Shown in pieces: positions 1-9,018 of a stretch of 64,000 nt of DNA. The stretch covers positions 587,014 to 651,013 of the forward strand of contig JAQTTB010000001.1 of assembly GCA_028710985.1 (NCBI GenBank), in the 5' to 3' direction. The translations under genes were made by a program, and so were the position numbers. Within the stretch, counting starts at the first letter, position 1. Every line of letters begins with the position of its first letter. This DNA comes from Patescibacteria group bacterium (GTDB lineage: Bacteria; Patescibacteriota; Patescibacteriia; JAHJFT01). The notes beneath the pieces were generated by a model. It saw nothing but the letters and a program-made list of their open reading frames with translations, was not told the DNA's origin and made no database searches.

Positions 1-35
1 CATGAGCAACCTCCTTGTTGAAATCTTAGGAACAT

Positions 36-82
36 CTTGATTGACCACTTGCGTGATCCGCCAGGATGTTGAGCTGAAAAGG
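36..82 (+). repeat. 47-bp direct repeat, copy 1 (ttaggaacatcttgattgaccacttgcgtgatccgccaggatgttga)
   Basis: Identical 47-mer recurs at 713..759; the two copies flank the single-gene segment 83..712. Confidence 0.85.
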
Positions 83-127
83 TTCAGCTCAAGTGAAAGA
101 TTTTTCTGGTTCTTTCAGACCAAGGGG

Positions 128-658
128 CTAGTCGCGTTCTTGCATGGCAAGCTGATCGAGGAATGCCATCGGGTCATCGGCCGACTCCTCAAGGACGTTG
201 ACCACGTGGAGATTTTCGACGTCGATGTGTTCCTCATCGCGTTCGCACATGATGAGGAACTGAGTGATCATACCTTCGGCATCCTGGTCGGTTGGGGAGT
301 AGGCGGCCTTGGCCCGCAGCGAGTCGGCGGCCCGCTCGGCGTCCTGGAACAGGGCGACCGGCAGGCACGCCACTCGGTACAGGTCCTCCTCGGCGATCGG
401 GCCCACGACCTCGTGGAGGAAGTCCGAAGCTGCGATGTCTTCCGCGAGCTCGTCCTCGGTCCTGAAGTCCGCCTTCTCTACGCCATTCAGGTAGTGGCTG
501 ACGTAGCAGATTGGGCAGACCTCGGTGCTCGGGGGTCCCTTGACCCACGTCATCTCGTCCTTGCCCACGACCCGACCGCAGCCGCAGATCGCCTGGGCCT
601 TGGGATCGTAGAAAACGAGCACGGACTTGCCGTTTATGCGAACCATCCTCTTCTTCAT
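128..658 (-). CDS. hypothetical Cys-containing protein (176 aa), ORFan, GC-richer than surroundings
   Basis: Clean 176-aa ORF starting MKKRMVRINGK; AAGGAGA RBS 7 nt upstream on minus strand; CGCG...CPIC cysteine cluster; no family recognised; the mirror plus-strand ORF 41..700 is judged spurious. Confidence 0.5.
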   Translation of the reverse strand: MKKRMVRINGKSVLVFYDPKAQAICGCGRVVGKDEMTWVKGPPSTEVCPICYVSHYLNGVEKADFRTEDELAEDIAASDFLHEVVGPIAEEDLYRVACLPVALFQDAERAADSLRAKAAYSPTDQDAEGMITQFLIMCERDEEHIDVENLHVVNVLEESADDPMAFLDQLAMQERD

Positions 659-712
659 TGCGCCATCTCCTTCTTTCTAGCCAACCATCCGGTTGGGTAA
701 GGGGTTTTATTT

Positions 713-759
713 TTAGGAACATCTTGATTGACCACTTGCGTGATCCGCCAGGATGTTGA
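713..759 (+). repeat. 47-bp direct repeat, copy 2
   Basis: Perfect copy of 36..82. Confidence 0.85.
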
Positions 760-977
760 TATTAGAACAAAAAAGTCCGGTAAATATTCGAGGAGAACTC
801 AAACACTAACCGGGCTTTTGTGCGTAAAATACGCCTAAGCTTATCGTTTCTCTCTCCTCAATTTGTCATTTTAAATAACCATTTCATCATACCACGTTTT
901 GTAGGATTTGTCAAGAGTAAAATGGGCATTTCTTGGCTGTGTTGAGCCTTTTTGGCTTAGACTGGCTAAATTATCAT

Positions 978-1006
978 TTGATAATCAGTCTTAAAATTGA
1001 TATAAT
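978..1006 (+). promoter_or_regulatory. sigma70-like promoter (TTGATA-17-TATAAT) upstream of holB
   Basis: ttgata atcagtcttaaaattga tataat, 14 nt before the ATG at 1021. Confidence 0.55.
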
Positions 1007-1020
1007 TTGAAAACAAAATT

Positions 1021-2052
1021 ATGCGGAAATTAGCCAAGGCTGAAATCAAGGAGGCCAAAAAATTAGGAAGAAGGCTTTCGGTAATTGGCCATGAGCAAAT
1101 TTTGAGTTTTTTGGAAAAATCCCTGAACTCCGGCCGGCTCTCTCATGCGTATCTTTTTCTCGGTCCCGAGGACGTGGGCAAGGAATCCGCGGCGCGCTGG
1201 TGGCTGGAAAAAATCCTGCATCAGGGCCACGAAGGCGGGGAGCGCCATACTTTGGAAAATCATCCGGACGTCGCGGTGATTGAACGCGAAATTGACGAAA
1301 AAAGCAAAAAGCTCAAGAAATTAATCAGCATTGAGCAGATCCGCGATTTGCGCGACAAACTTTCCCTGACCTCGTTTCTCAATACTTACAAAGTCGCGCT
1401 TATCCGCGAAGCCGGACACCTGAGTATTGAGGCGGCAAACGCCTTGCTCAAAACCCTGGAAGAGCCGGCCGGAAAGACGATTATCATCCTGCTTGCCGAC
1501 GATGTTGCCCGCCTGCCGGCGACCATTGCCTCCCGCTGCCAAATTATTCAGTTCCGCGCCGTGCCGGAAAAAATTATTTACGACGCCCTGCGCGAGCGCG
1601 GCGCCGAGCGGGATGAAGCCGAGCTCCTCGCGCGCCTCGCGGCCGGTTCGCCGGGAAAAGCCCTGCGCCTGCTGGAAGACAAAAAGTTGCTTGAAGAATA
1701 TAAAAACGGAATTTTAGATTTTTTGCGGATTACCCGCGAGCCGGTCTGGCGCCGGTTTGACTACATCGATCGTCTGGTTCCGGCGCGCGGTGACCGCGAA
1801 GAAATTGCCAAAGAAATAAAAGGCGTTATTTCTCTCTGGCGCGGGATCATGCGCGACGCTTTGCTCTTGGCGCTGGATTGTCCGGATCTCATGATAAATT
1901 CTTGGGCGCGCAGCGAAATCCAGGCCTGGCAGGCAGACTACGGCGCGCCTCGGGTCTCGGGATTTTTGCGGAGTATTGAAGCCGCCGATGAGGCGATCAG
2001 TCAGAACGCGAATATCAAATTAGTTTTAGAAAATTTATTGCTTGAATTTTAA
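1021..2052 (+). CDS. holB: DNA polymerase III delta-prime subunit
   Basis: AAA+ clamp-loader motifs SHAYLFLGPEDVGK and TLEEP...IASRCQ. Confidence 0.85.
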   Translation: MRKLAKAEIKEAKKLGRRLSVIGHEQILSFLEKSLNSGRLSHAYLFLGPEDVGKESAARWWLEKILHQGHEGGERHTLENHPDVAVIEREIDEKSKKLKKLISIEQIRDLRDKLSLTSFLNTYKVALIREAGHLSIEAANALLKTLEEPAGKTIIILLADDVARLPATIASRCQIIQFRAVPEKIIYDALRERGAERDEAELLARLAAGSPGKALRLLEDKKLLEEYKNGILDFLRITREPVWRRFDYIDRLVPARGDREEIAKEIKGVISLWRGIMRDALLLALDCPDLMINSWARSEIQAWQADYGAPRVSGFLRSIEAADEAISQNANIKLVLENLLLEF

Positions 2053-2075
2053 ATAAAAAAATTAATCAGCGCATT

Positions 2076-3143
2076 ATGAAAAAAATTCTGCCGATAATTG
2101 CGATTACATCTCTATTCGCCCTTGCCGGATTGGGCTGCATTAAGATTTCCGGAACATCATCGGGTGAGACCGGGGGGGTCTGGAAAACCGCAGACCAGGG
2201 TGAGACCTGGGAGCAGAAAGTGTCTTATCCAACCGCCGAGGGCGTGGGCAAGATCGGGCAAATCAGCGTGCAGACCCTGGCGATCGATCCATCCGATCAT
2301 CTTGCAATTTATGCCGGCACGGCCGCCGACGGACTTCTTTATACGTACGACGGCGCCGAGACATGGAAATCGGCAAAACAGCTGGATACGGGTTCAGTTT
2401 CCAGCGTGACCATCAATCCCGAGAATAAATGCGAAATATACGCGGCGAGCCGCAATAAAGTTTACCGCAGTATTGACTGCAACCGCACCTTTGAACAGGC
2501 GTATTATGAAACCCGCGCGAGCGTGAACATTACGGATGTTGAAGTTGACTGGTATAACACCGCCGTGGTTTACGCCGCGACCTCGGAGGGAGATCTCATC
2601 AAGAGCCAGGATGCCGGTGCGAGCTGGTCGCCGGTGTACCGCTTCGACGGCGCGATTAATGATTTTATGGTTGATCCATTTGATTCGCGCATGCTTTACG
2701 CGGCCACGGAAAATAAGGGATTTTGGAAGAGCTCGGACGGCGGTGCGAGCTGGAATAATTTTGACGAGGTTCTCAAGGAATTTAAAAATTCTAAAGACGT
2801 TTATTTTGTCGCCGCGGACAGGACGTCGCAAAATACTGTAATTATCGTGACCAAATACGGGCTTATCCGCACGCTGGATGGCGGCAATACCTGGTCGGCC
2901 ATTGATCTGCTTACCCCGCCCAGTGAGGCGACGATTACTTCAATCGCGCTAAATCCGCGCGAAGGAAATGAAATTTATTACACTACCGCCAGTACGATCT
3001 ATAAATCAATTGACGGGGGCGCGAGTTGGATTACCAAGAAAGTTCCGGCCGCCGAGCGCGCCGCGTCTGCGATAATTGTTGATTCGGAAAATAACAAGGT
3101 CATCTATCTTGGCGTGAAAGAGGTCGCGAAGCAGGGTTATTAA
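2076..3143 (+). CDS. BNR/Asp-box repeat lipoprotein (Ycf48/sialidase-like beta-propeller)
   Basis: Signal peptide plus lipobox LAGLGC; at least six S-x-D-x-G-x-T-W Asp-box repeats. Confidence 0.75.
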   Translation: MKKILPIIAITSLFALAGLGCIKISGTSSGETGGVWKTADQGETWEQKVSYPTAEGVGKIGQISVQTLAIDPSDHLAIYAGTAADGLLYTYDGAETWKSAKQLDTGSVSSVTINPENKCEIYAASRNKVYRSIDCNRTFEQAYYETRASVNITDVEVDWYNTAVVYAATSEGDLIKSQDAGASWSPVYRFDGAINDFMVDPFDSRMLYAATENKGFWKSSDGGASWNNFDEVLKEFKNSKDVYFVAADRTSQNTVIIVTKYGLIRTLDGGNTWSAIDLLTPPSEATITSIALNPREGNEIYYTTASTIYKSIDGGASWITKKVPAAERAASAIIVDSENNKVIYLGVKEVAKQGY

Positions 3144-3154
3144 AAAGTAATTAT

Positions 3155-3709
3155 ATGATTGCAATAATTTTAAAGAACGAGGAGGAATTCAAAAAAGTAA
3201 TCGAGCATTTCAGGACCGATATCAGCTCGCTACGCACCGGCCGCGCCAACCCGGCGCTTGTGGAAAATATTCAGATCAAGGCGTACGGCTCCATGATGGA
3301 AATAAAAGGGCTCGCTTCAATCACGATTCCGGATCCAAAAACAATTGTCATCGATCCCTGGGACAAAAGTATTCTCAAGGATGTTGAAAAGGGAATTACC
3401 GAAGCGAACATCGGCATCAACCCCGTGGTTGACGGAACTATCGTCCGTTTGAGTATGCCGCTCATGACCGAAGAAAACCGCAAGGAGATGGTGAAGATTC
3501 TGAAGCAAAAAAGCGAGCAGTCGCGCGTCAGCTTGCGCGGCATCCGCGAAAAAGTAAAAAACGCGATCATCCAGGCCGAGGAGGCCAAGGAAATCAGCGA
3601 AGACGAGCGTTTTCGCGCGCAGGAGGACCTGGATAAATATGTCGGCGGATTCAATTCGGAGATTGACAAAATGACCGAGGAGAAAGAAAAAGAAATAATG
3701 ACAATTTAA
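3155..3709 (+). CDS. frr: ribosome recycling factor
   Basis: 184 aa, typical RRF sequence (DISSLRTGRANPALVENI...). Confidence 0.9.
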   Translation: MIAIILKNEEEFKKVIEHFRTDISSLRTGRANPALVENIQIKAYGSMMEIKGLASITIPDPKTIVIDPWDKSILKDVEKGITEANIGINPVVDGTIVRLSMPLMTEENRKEMVKILKQKSEQSRVSLRGIREKVKNAIIQAEEAKEISEDERFRAQEDLDKYVGGFNSEIDKMTEEKEKEIMTI

Positions 3710-3711
3710 AT

Positions 3712-5052
3712 ATGGCAAAAAAAGAATTAAATTCAATGGAAAAAATTGTGGCATTCTGCAAGCGGCGCGGATTTATTTTTCAGTCATCCGAAATCTACGG
3801 CGGATTCGCGAGCTGTTACGATTACGGCCCGCTCGGCGTCGAGTTGAAAAATAACATCAAGCGCGCCTGGTGGAGGTCCATGGTGCAGGAGAACCCTGAC
3901 ATTGTCGGTCTTGATGCCTCGATCCTGATGTCGCCCAAAGTATGGGAAGCTTCGGGGCATATGGGTTCCGGATTCACCGACCCCATGGCGGAATGCAAAA
4001 AATGCCATAAGCGCTTCCGGCCCGACAAGATCGAAAATCCCAAGTCATGTCCGGAATGCGGTGGAGAGCTGGGGGGGGCAAAACCGTTCAATCTTCTGGT
4101 AAAAACATTCATCGGGCCAGTTGAGGATACCGCCTCGGTGGCATATCTGCGTGGAGAAACTTGTCAGGGGATTTACGTTAATTTTGAAAATGTGCGCGAA
4201 TCAATGCGGCTAAAACTGCCGTTCGGCATCGCCCAGATCGGAAAATCATTTCGCAATGAAATCACACCCGGAAATTTTATCTTCCGCATGCGCGAATTTG
4301 AGCAGATGGAAATGCAATATTTTGTGAATCCCAAAGAAAAAGCGGGGCACTTTAAACGCTGGAAAGATGCTCGGATGCAATGGTATCTTGATTATGGAAT
4401 GAATAAGAAGAACTTAAAATTTTACGAACAGAAAAAAGAAGAATTGGCCCACTATTCAAGCGCGGCTTTCGATATTGAATACGAATTTCCTTTTGGTCTC
4501 GATGAACTCGAGGGCATTCATGACCGCGGGGACTGGGATCTTTCAAATCATTCCAAACATAGCGGTAAGGACCTGCGGTATTTCAACGAAGAGACTAAGG
4601 AAAAATATTTTCCCCACGTTGTCGAGACCTCGGCCGGAGCCGATCGCGCCACCCTGGCATTTTTGATTGATGCCTATAGCGTGGTTGAGGGTGGACGTAC
4701 CACCACCACCGAAAGCGCCAAAGAAGAAGAAGTCGTATTGAGGCTTGATAAAAGGCTGTCGCCGATTAAAGTCGCCGTATTGCCGCTTTCAAAAAAAGAG
4801 GAGCTGGCCTCGCCGTGTCGAAAGATTTACGAGGAGCTTGCTCGTCACTGGATGGTTCAGTATGATGAAACCGGTTCAATCGGCCGGCGTTACCGCCGCC
4901 AGGATGAAATCGGCACCCCCTACTGTATTACCTTTGATTTTGATTCGCTCGAGGACAAGTCCGTGACGGTCCGCGACCGCGATACCATGGAGCAGGAGAG
5001 AATCAAAATAGGTGATCTCGCGGATTATCTCGCAGAAAAACTCAATGTATAA
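3712..5052 (+). CDS. glyQS: glycine--tRNA ligase (dimeric class II type)
   Basis: N-terminus FQSSEIYGGFASCYDYGPLG and class II motifs. Confidence 0.9.
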   Translation: MAKKELNSMEKIVAFCKRRGFIFQSSEIYGGFASCYDYGPLGVELKNNIKRAWWRSMVQENPDIVGLDASILMSPKVWEASGHMGSGFTDPMAECKKCHKRFRPDKIENPKSCPECGGELGGAKPFNLLVKTFIGPVEDTASVAYLRGETCQGIYVNFENVRESMRLKLPFGIAQIGKSFRNEITPGNFIFRMREFEQMEMQYFVNPKEKAGHFKRWKDARMQWYLDYGMNKKNLKFYEQKKEELAHYSSAAFDIEYEFPFGLDELEGIHDRGDWDLSNHSKHSGKDLRYFNEETKEKYFPHVVETSAGADRATLAFLIDAYSVVEGGRTTTTESAKEEEVVLRLDKRLSPIKVAVLPLSKKEELASPCRKIYEELARHWMVQYDETGSIGRRYRRQDEIGTPYCITFDFDSLEDKSVTVRDRDTMEQERIKIGDLADYLAEKLNV

Positions 5053-6319
5053 ATTATCAAAATTAAAAAACGGCATCCGGTTTCTTTCGGTGCCGGTGGC
5101 CGGTACGAGCGCGGTTACGGTTTTTGTTTTATGCCGCGTCGGTTCGCGCTACGAAACTCCGAATCTCGCCGGCGCCTCTCATTTCATCGAACATCTGATG
5201 TTCAAAGGTACGGCGCGTCGGCCGACTACGCTTGATATCTCGCGCGAGCTTGATGGCATCGGCGCCGAATACAACGCCATGACTTCAAAAGACTGGACCG
5301 GCTATTACGTTAAGGCAAGTTCGCGCCATCTGCCGCTTGCCCTGGATGTTTTGTCCGACATGCTCTGGAATTCAAAATTTGATGAACAGGAATACGCTCG
5401 CGAAAAAGGTGTTATCATTGAAGAGATCAACATGTACGAAGATAATCCTAATATGCGCCTTGATTCTCTTTTGGAAGAAGCCATGTTTCCCGGGAATACG
5501 CTCGGCCGGGACATCGCCGGAACCCGCGAGAGTATCACGCGCATGAAACGCGGCGAAGTTATCGCGTATCGCGACCGGTTCTACGCGCCGCGCAACACCG
5601 TGGTCATCGCGGCCGGCGATATTGCCGGCGCTGCGCCTCGGGTCAAAAAGATTTTTGAAAATCTTGGCGTAAAAACTAAGCTCAAACCGCTCCGTTTTAA
5701 AAATTTTTACGGATTAACAAAATCTGCGTTCTTGCGCTGCCGCATCCAGCACAAAAAAACCAAACAGATTCATCTCGCCCTGGGATTTCCGGGGCTGCCG
5801 CATGACCACCGTGATTTGTCCGCGCTCACGCTCGGGAGCGTTATCCTCGGCGGCACCATGAGCTCGCGTCTTTTTATTGCGATCCGTGAACGTGAGGGCC
5901 TGGCGTACTACGTCAATTCATCGGTTGATTGTTATGAGGACGCCGGTATTTTTTCAATCCGCGCCGGGCTGGATACGTCGCGCCTTGTCAAAGCCGCTTC
6001 CATATTGATTGCGGAAATCGAAAAATTTAAAAAATTCGGCCCCACGGCCGAAGAGGTCCGCCGCGCTAAGGACACGGTACGCGGCAAGTTTGAGCTCGCG
6101 CTTGAAGATTCGGCGAATCAGGCCGATTTCTATGGTAAGCAAGCCCTGCTCATGAAACGCATCAAGACTCCGCAGGAAAAACTTCGGGAAATTCAGCGCG
6201 TTTCTGGCGCGGATATCGTGCGGGTCGCGGCCCGGATATTTGACTGGCGCCGCGCCGGCATCGCGATAATCGGACCATACCACCGTCCCTCGGATATTAC
6301 AAAATATTTTAAAGTATAG
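5045..6319 (+). CDS. M16 family zinc peptidase (insulinase-like)
   Basis: HFIEHLMFKGT inverted zinc-binding HxxEH motif; start overlaps glyQS stop by 8 nt. Confidence 0.85.
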   Translation: MYKLSKLKNGIRFLSVPVAGTSAVTVFVLCRVGSRYETPNLAGASHFIEHLMFKGTARRPTTLDISRELDGIGAEYNAMTSKDWTGYYVKASSRHLPLALDVLSDMLWNSKFDEQEYAREKGVIIEEINMYEDNPNMRLDSLLEEAMFPGNTLGRDIAGTRESITRMKRGEVIAYRDRFYAPRNTVVIAAGDIAGAAPRVKKIFENLGVKTKLKPLRFKNFYGLTKSAFLRCRIQHKKTKQIHLALGFPGLPHDHRDLSALTLGSVILGGTMSSRLFIAIREREGLAYYVNSSVDCYEDAGIFSIRAGLDTSRLVKAASILIAEIEKFKKFGPTAEEVRRAKDTVRGKFELALEDSANQADFYGKQALLMKRIKTPQEKLREIQRVSGADIVRVAARIFDWRRAGIAIIGPYHRPSDITKYFKV

Positions 6320-6320
6320 T

Positions 6321-7091
6321 ATGAACAATAAAATAATAATAGCCAACTGGAAAACATATTTATCCGTTTTTGAATCCGAAGAAATCGTGAGAGAGGTTTT
6401 GAAATTCGTAAAAAAACAAAAAGACATGCCCGAGCTCGTTTTTTGCCCGACATTTACGGCAATTCCGTCGGTTGCGAAAATTATCGGCGGCTCTGGAAAA
6501 ATGAAACTTGGTGCGCAGAACATGAACTGGCGCGACCGCGGACCCTTTACCGGCGAAGTCTCGCCAATCACGCTTAAGGAATTCGGCTGCGAGTTTGTTA
6601 TTCTTGGTCATTCGGAACGGAGAGTACATTATCACGAGACCGATCTCGAAATCCATGAGCGCATCAAACTCGCTCTGGAATACGGTCTGATCCCGGTGGT
6701 CTGCGTCGGCGAAACTGCGGAGGAAAGGCGAGCCGGACGTCGCGACGAAGTGGTGCGTCGTCAGGTAACCGAATCGCTCGGCATCCTTGACCTCAAGGGC
6801 AGTGAGCGTATTATTATTGCGTATGAGCCGGTTTGGGCAATCGGTTCCGGCCAGGCCGTCGCCGCCGATGACGTCGAAAGTTCGCATATGTCAATCAGGC
6901 AGACCATTATTGATAATTATTCCGAATCGGAATTTAATCTGCATTTTCAAATTATTTACGGAGGCAGCGTCGATGCCGCAAATCTTGAAGGCTTTCTGGA
7001 AAAGGAAATCGTGAGCGGCGTGCTCGTCGGGTCAGCAAGTTCTCGGACAGAAAGCCTAATCAGTATCATCGATGGCTGTATAAATTATTAA
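6321..7091 (+). CDS. tpiA: triosephosphate isomerase
   Basis: IIANWK, ILGHSERR and AYEPVWAIGSG motifs. Confidence 0.9.
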   Translation: MNNKIIIANWKTYLSVFESEEIVREVLKFVKKQKDMPELVFCPTFTAIPSVAKIIGGSGKMKLGAQNMNWRDRGPFTGEVSPITLKEFGCEFVILGHSERRVHYHETDLEIHERIKLALEYGLIPVVCVGETAEERRAGRRDEVVRRQVTESLGILDLKGSERIIIAYEPVWAIGSGQAVAADDVESSHMSIRQTIIDNYSESEFNLHFQIIYGGSVDAANLEGFLEKEIVSGVLVGSASSRTESLISIIDGCINY

Positions 7092-7093
7092 GT

Positions 7094-7987
7094 ATGATTT
7101 ATTGGATTTGTTTAATTGTCTTAGTGATCGCGGTTGTCGTTATCGCGGTGATCATATTCCGTAAATTTTCGCATCTTGCAATTATCGACGTCGATACAAT
7201 GATTCATGAAAAACAGGCAAAGATAAAGGAAGATATTATCTGGCGCCGGGTCGCGAGAAAAACCAAGGAGCGTAGCGAGCCAATTATTTCGGTCGCTTCG
7301 GAAATAAAAAGGGGAGTTGGTGTATTTTTGGAAAATATTTACAAGCGTGCCAAGGTTCTTGAAAAAAAGTATGCCATGGAACGCCGTGCCTCAAAGGCGT
7401 CGCGTCCGGTATCCGCACCCGCATCGCAGATTGGTGCCATCGTGAGCGAAGCGGAATCGTTATTTGATCAGGGGAAAATGGCCGAGGCTGAAGAAAAATA
7501 CATTGAAGCCATCGGAATCGACGGCCGTAATCCCGAAGCGTATTGGGGGCTTGGAAAAGTCTATATTGAAACAAAACAGTTTGACGAAGCCAAGCAGTCT
7601 TTGGATTTTTTAATAAAACTCGGCAAGGCCGACGACCGCGTGTACGAGACTCTGGGGGACATCGCGTTTTCAGAGAACCGATATAAAGACGCTAAGGAAT
7701 ATTATCTTATCGCCATCGCGAGAAATGATTCAGTCGTAAAATATTACTTATCGCTTGCCAAAACCTATGCCGCTCTGGACGATCGCTCGAATGCGCAGTC
7801 CACGCTCTTTGAAGCCAGGGAGATAGAGCCGAAGAACCCGAAAACCCTTGACTTCCTGATAGAAAATAGTATAATATTAGGCAACAAAGAGCAGGCGCAG
7901 CGGATTTTTGAAGAATTTCGCGCCCTGAATCCGGAAAATCCCAAATTTTCAGAATGGGAAATGGCCATTGAAAAGATGAAGAAATAA
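7094..7987 (+). CDS. membrane-anchored TPR-repeat protein
   Basis: N-terminal TM helix; TPR-like repeats (AEEKYIEAIGIDGRNPEAYWGLG...). Confidence 0.65.
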   Translation: MIYWICLIVLVIAVVVIAVIIFRKFSHLAIIDVDTMIHEKQAKIKEDIIWRRVARKTKERSEPIISVASEIKRGVGVFLENIYKRAKVLEKKYAMERRASKASRPVSAPASQIGAIVSEAESLFDQGKMAEAEEKYIEAIGIDGRNPEAYWGLGKVYIETKQFDEAKQSLDFLIKLGKADDRVYETLGDIAFSENRYKDAKEYYLIAIARNDSVVKYYLSLAKTYAALDDRSNAQSTLFEAREIEPKNPKTLDFLIENSIILGNKEQAQRIFEEFRALNPENPKFSEWEMAIEKMKK

Positions 7988-7990
7988 TTT

Positions 7991-8108
7991 GCCCAAGTAG
8001 CTCCTGCCTTCGTCCCGACTTCGTCGGGACTTCGGCAAGGCAAGCAGTTGGCACCCGCCCGCCACGCAAGCCGAGCTTGCGAGGCGTTGCGGGCGGGGAG
8101 CAACTCCA
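7991..8108 (+). pseudogene. tRNA-Thr(GGU) fragment copy interrupted by a ~94-nt GC-rich hairpin insertion
   Basis: gcccaagtagctc (identical to the 5' end of the intact tRNA at 8135), then an insertion containing hairpins gtcccgacttcgtcgggac and cccgcccgcc...gcgggcggg, then gagcaactcca, then divergence. Confidence 0.6.
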
Positions 8109-8134
8109 CACATTTCATAAAAAAATAATTTTTT

Positions 8135-8210
8135 GCCCAAGTAGCTCAGTTGGCAGAGCAACTCCATGGTAAGGAGTAGGTCAGCAGTTCAAATCTGCTC
8201 TTGGGCTCCA
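8135..8210 (+). tRNA. tRNA-Thr (anticodon GGU)
   Basis: Acceptor stem gcccaag/cttgggc, anticodon loop aTGGTaa, T-loop gttcaaatc, encoded CCA. Confidence 0.8.
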
Positions 8211-8214
8211 CTGC

Positions 8215-8300
8215 GGGTGGTTACCAAAGCAGTCAACTGGGGCAGACTGTAAATCTGCTGGCTCACGCCTTCGTAGGTGCGAATCCTACACCACCCACCA
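8215..8300 (+). tRNA. tRNA-Tyr (anticodon GUA), long variable arm
   Basis: Acceptor stem gggtggt/accaccc, anticodon loop ctGTAaa, long extra arm, CCA. Confidence 0.8.
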
Positions 8301-8301
8301 C

Positions 8302-8486
8302 GCTGATGTAGCTCAGTGGTAAGAGCAACGGTTTTGCCTGCCCGCCATAGCCCAAGCCGATGTAGCTCAGTGGTAGAGCAACGGTTTTGTAAACCGTAGG
8401 TCGTGGGTTCAAATCCCACCGTCGGCTAAGGCGACGGCAGGCGGGTAAACCGTAGGTCGTGGGTTCAAATCCCACCGTCGGCTCCA
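8302..8486 (+). other. composite tRNA-Thr(UGU) locus: 35-nt 5' half and 41-nt 3' half (with CCA) separated by a 109-nt insert that encodes a complete inner tRNA-Thr(UGU)
   Basis: 8302-8336 is acceptor, D-arm and anticodon stem through ttTG; 8446-8486 is Taa through T-arm, acceptor and CCA. Joining the two gives a canonical 76-nt tRNA. The insert is bounded by complementary 10-mers cctgcccgcc (8337-8346) and ggcaggcggg (8436-8445). Confidence 0.6.
8356..8427 (+). tRNA. tRNA-Thr (anticodon UGU), inner intact copy
   Basis: Acceptor stem gccgatg/cgtcggc, anticodon loop ttTGTaa, T-loop ggttcaaatcc. Confidence 0.8.
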
Positions 8487-8516
8487 TAGATAATTATTTA
8501 CGAATACCGTAAGCCT

Positions 8517-8672
8517 ATGTCGCAAGAAAATTTGATTAAGTTAGAGTGTGCTGATTGCAAAAAAATCAACTACTACTCAAAAAAGAACAAGAAAAAACTG
8601 AAAGAAAGGCTGCAGATGAAAAAATTCTGTAAAACCTGCAAGAAGCACACCGGCCATAAAGAAACCAAATAA
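8517..8672 (+). CDS. rpmG: 50S ribosomal protein L33 (51 aa; not in the ORF track)
   Basis: Translation MSQENLIKLECADCKKINYYSKKNKKKLKERLQMKKFCKTCKKHTGHKETK; two CxxC pairs typical of L33; conserved position before tRNA-Trp. Confidence 0.8.
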   Translation: MSQENLIKLECADCKKINYYSKKNKKKLKERLQMKKFCKTCKKHTGHKETK

Positions 8673-8690
8673 TCTGGTTTCTTTAAGTAT

Positions 8691-8763
8691 GGGGGCGTAA
8701 TTCAGTGGCAGAATGTCGGTCTCACCCGTCGCTCGCGAGCGACGGGTGTCTCCAAAACCGAAT
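8691..8763 (+). pseudogene. tRNA-Trp 5' fragment copy with a 25-nt palindromic insertion in the anticodon stem
   Basis: gggggcgtaattcagtggcagaatgtcggtctc + acccgtcgctcgcgagcgacgggtg + tctccaaaaccgaat, then divergence; matches the intact tRNA-Trp 37 nt downstream. Confidence 0.6.
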
Positions 8764-8799
8764 GAGCAAACAAGATTTATCAAAAGAGTTTAAATTCAT

Positions 8800-8873
8800 G
8801 GGGGCGTAATTCAGTGGCAGAATGTCGGTCTCCAAAACCGAATACGTGGGTTCGATTCCTACCGCCCCTGCCA
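8800..8873 (+). tRNA. tRNA-Trp (anticodon CCA)
   Basis: Acceptor stem gggggcg/cgcccct, anticodon loop ctCCAaa, T-loop ggttcgattcc, CCA. Confidence 0.8.
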
Positions 8874-8907
8874 AAAAATTCATCCCGATCGCGGGGTGAA
8901 TTTTTTG
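8874..8907 (+). terminator. rho-independent terminator after tRNA-Trp
   Basis: Hairpin ttcatcccgatcgcggggtgaa followed by TTTTTT. Confidence 0.5.
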
Positions 8908-8917
8908 ATATAGCAAA

Positions 8918-9018
8918 GGTAGGAATCGAAGGGCGCGAGAACCCCGACGAAATGTCGGGGTGGTGCGCAGCGCCCCGGACCGCGAGTCGGAGCGAGCGGG
9001 ATTCCTACCGCCCCTGCC
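8918..9018 (+). repeat. stem-loop built from an inverted plus a direct copy of the tRNA-Trp 3' end
   Basis: ggtaggaatcgaa (reverse complement of the T-arm) ... GC-rich loop ... gattcctaccgcccctgcca (identical to the tRNA-Trp 3' end); followed by hairpin aatcccgactttcgtcgggatt (9062-9083), the same hairpin family as at 8019. Confidence 0.55.

Noticed and set aside
41-700. Plus-strand 219-aa ORF overlapping the minus-strand 128-658 gene
   Set aside because: It is the mirror ORF of a GC-rich gene, has no RBS and a low-complexity Gly/Val/Leu-rich product. The minus-strand ORF has an RBS and a more protein-like sequence.
8189-8916. ORFs 8189-8419, 8263-8487, 8577-8783 and 8722-8916 on the minus strand
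   Set aside because: They overlap tRNA genes, rpmG and tRNA fragments. The translations read through tRNA stems (for example GFEPTTYGL from the T-arm), the classic spurious tRNA antisense ORFs.
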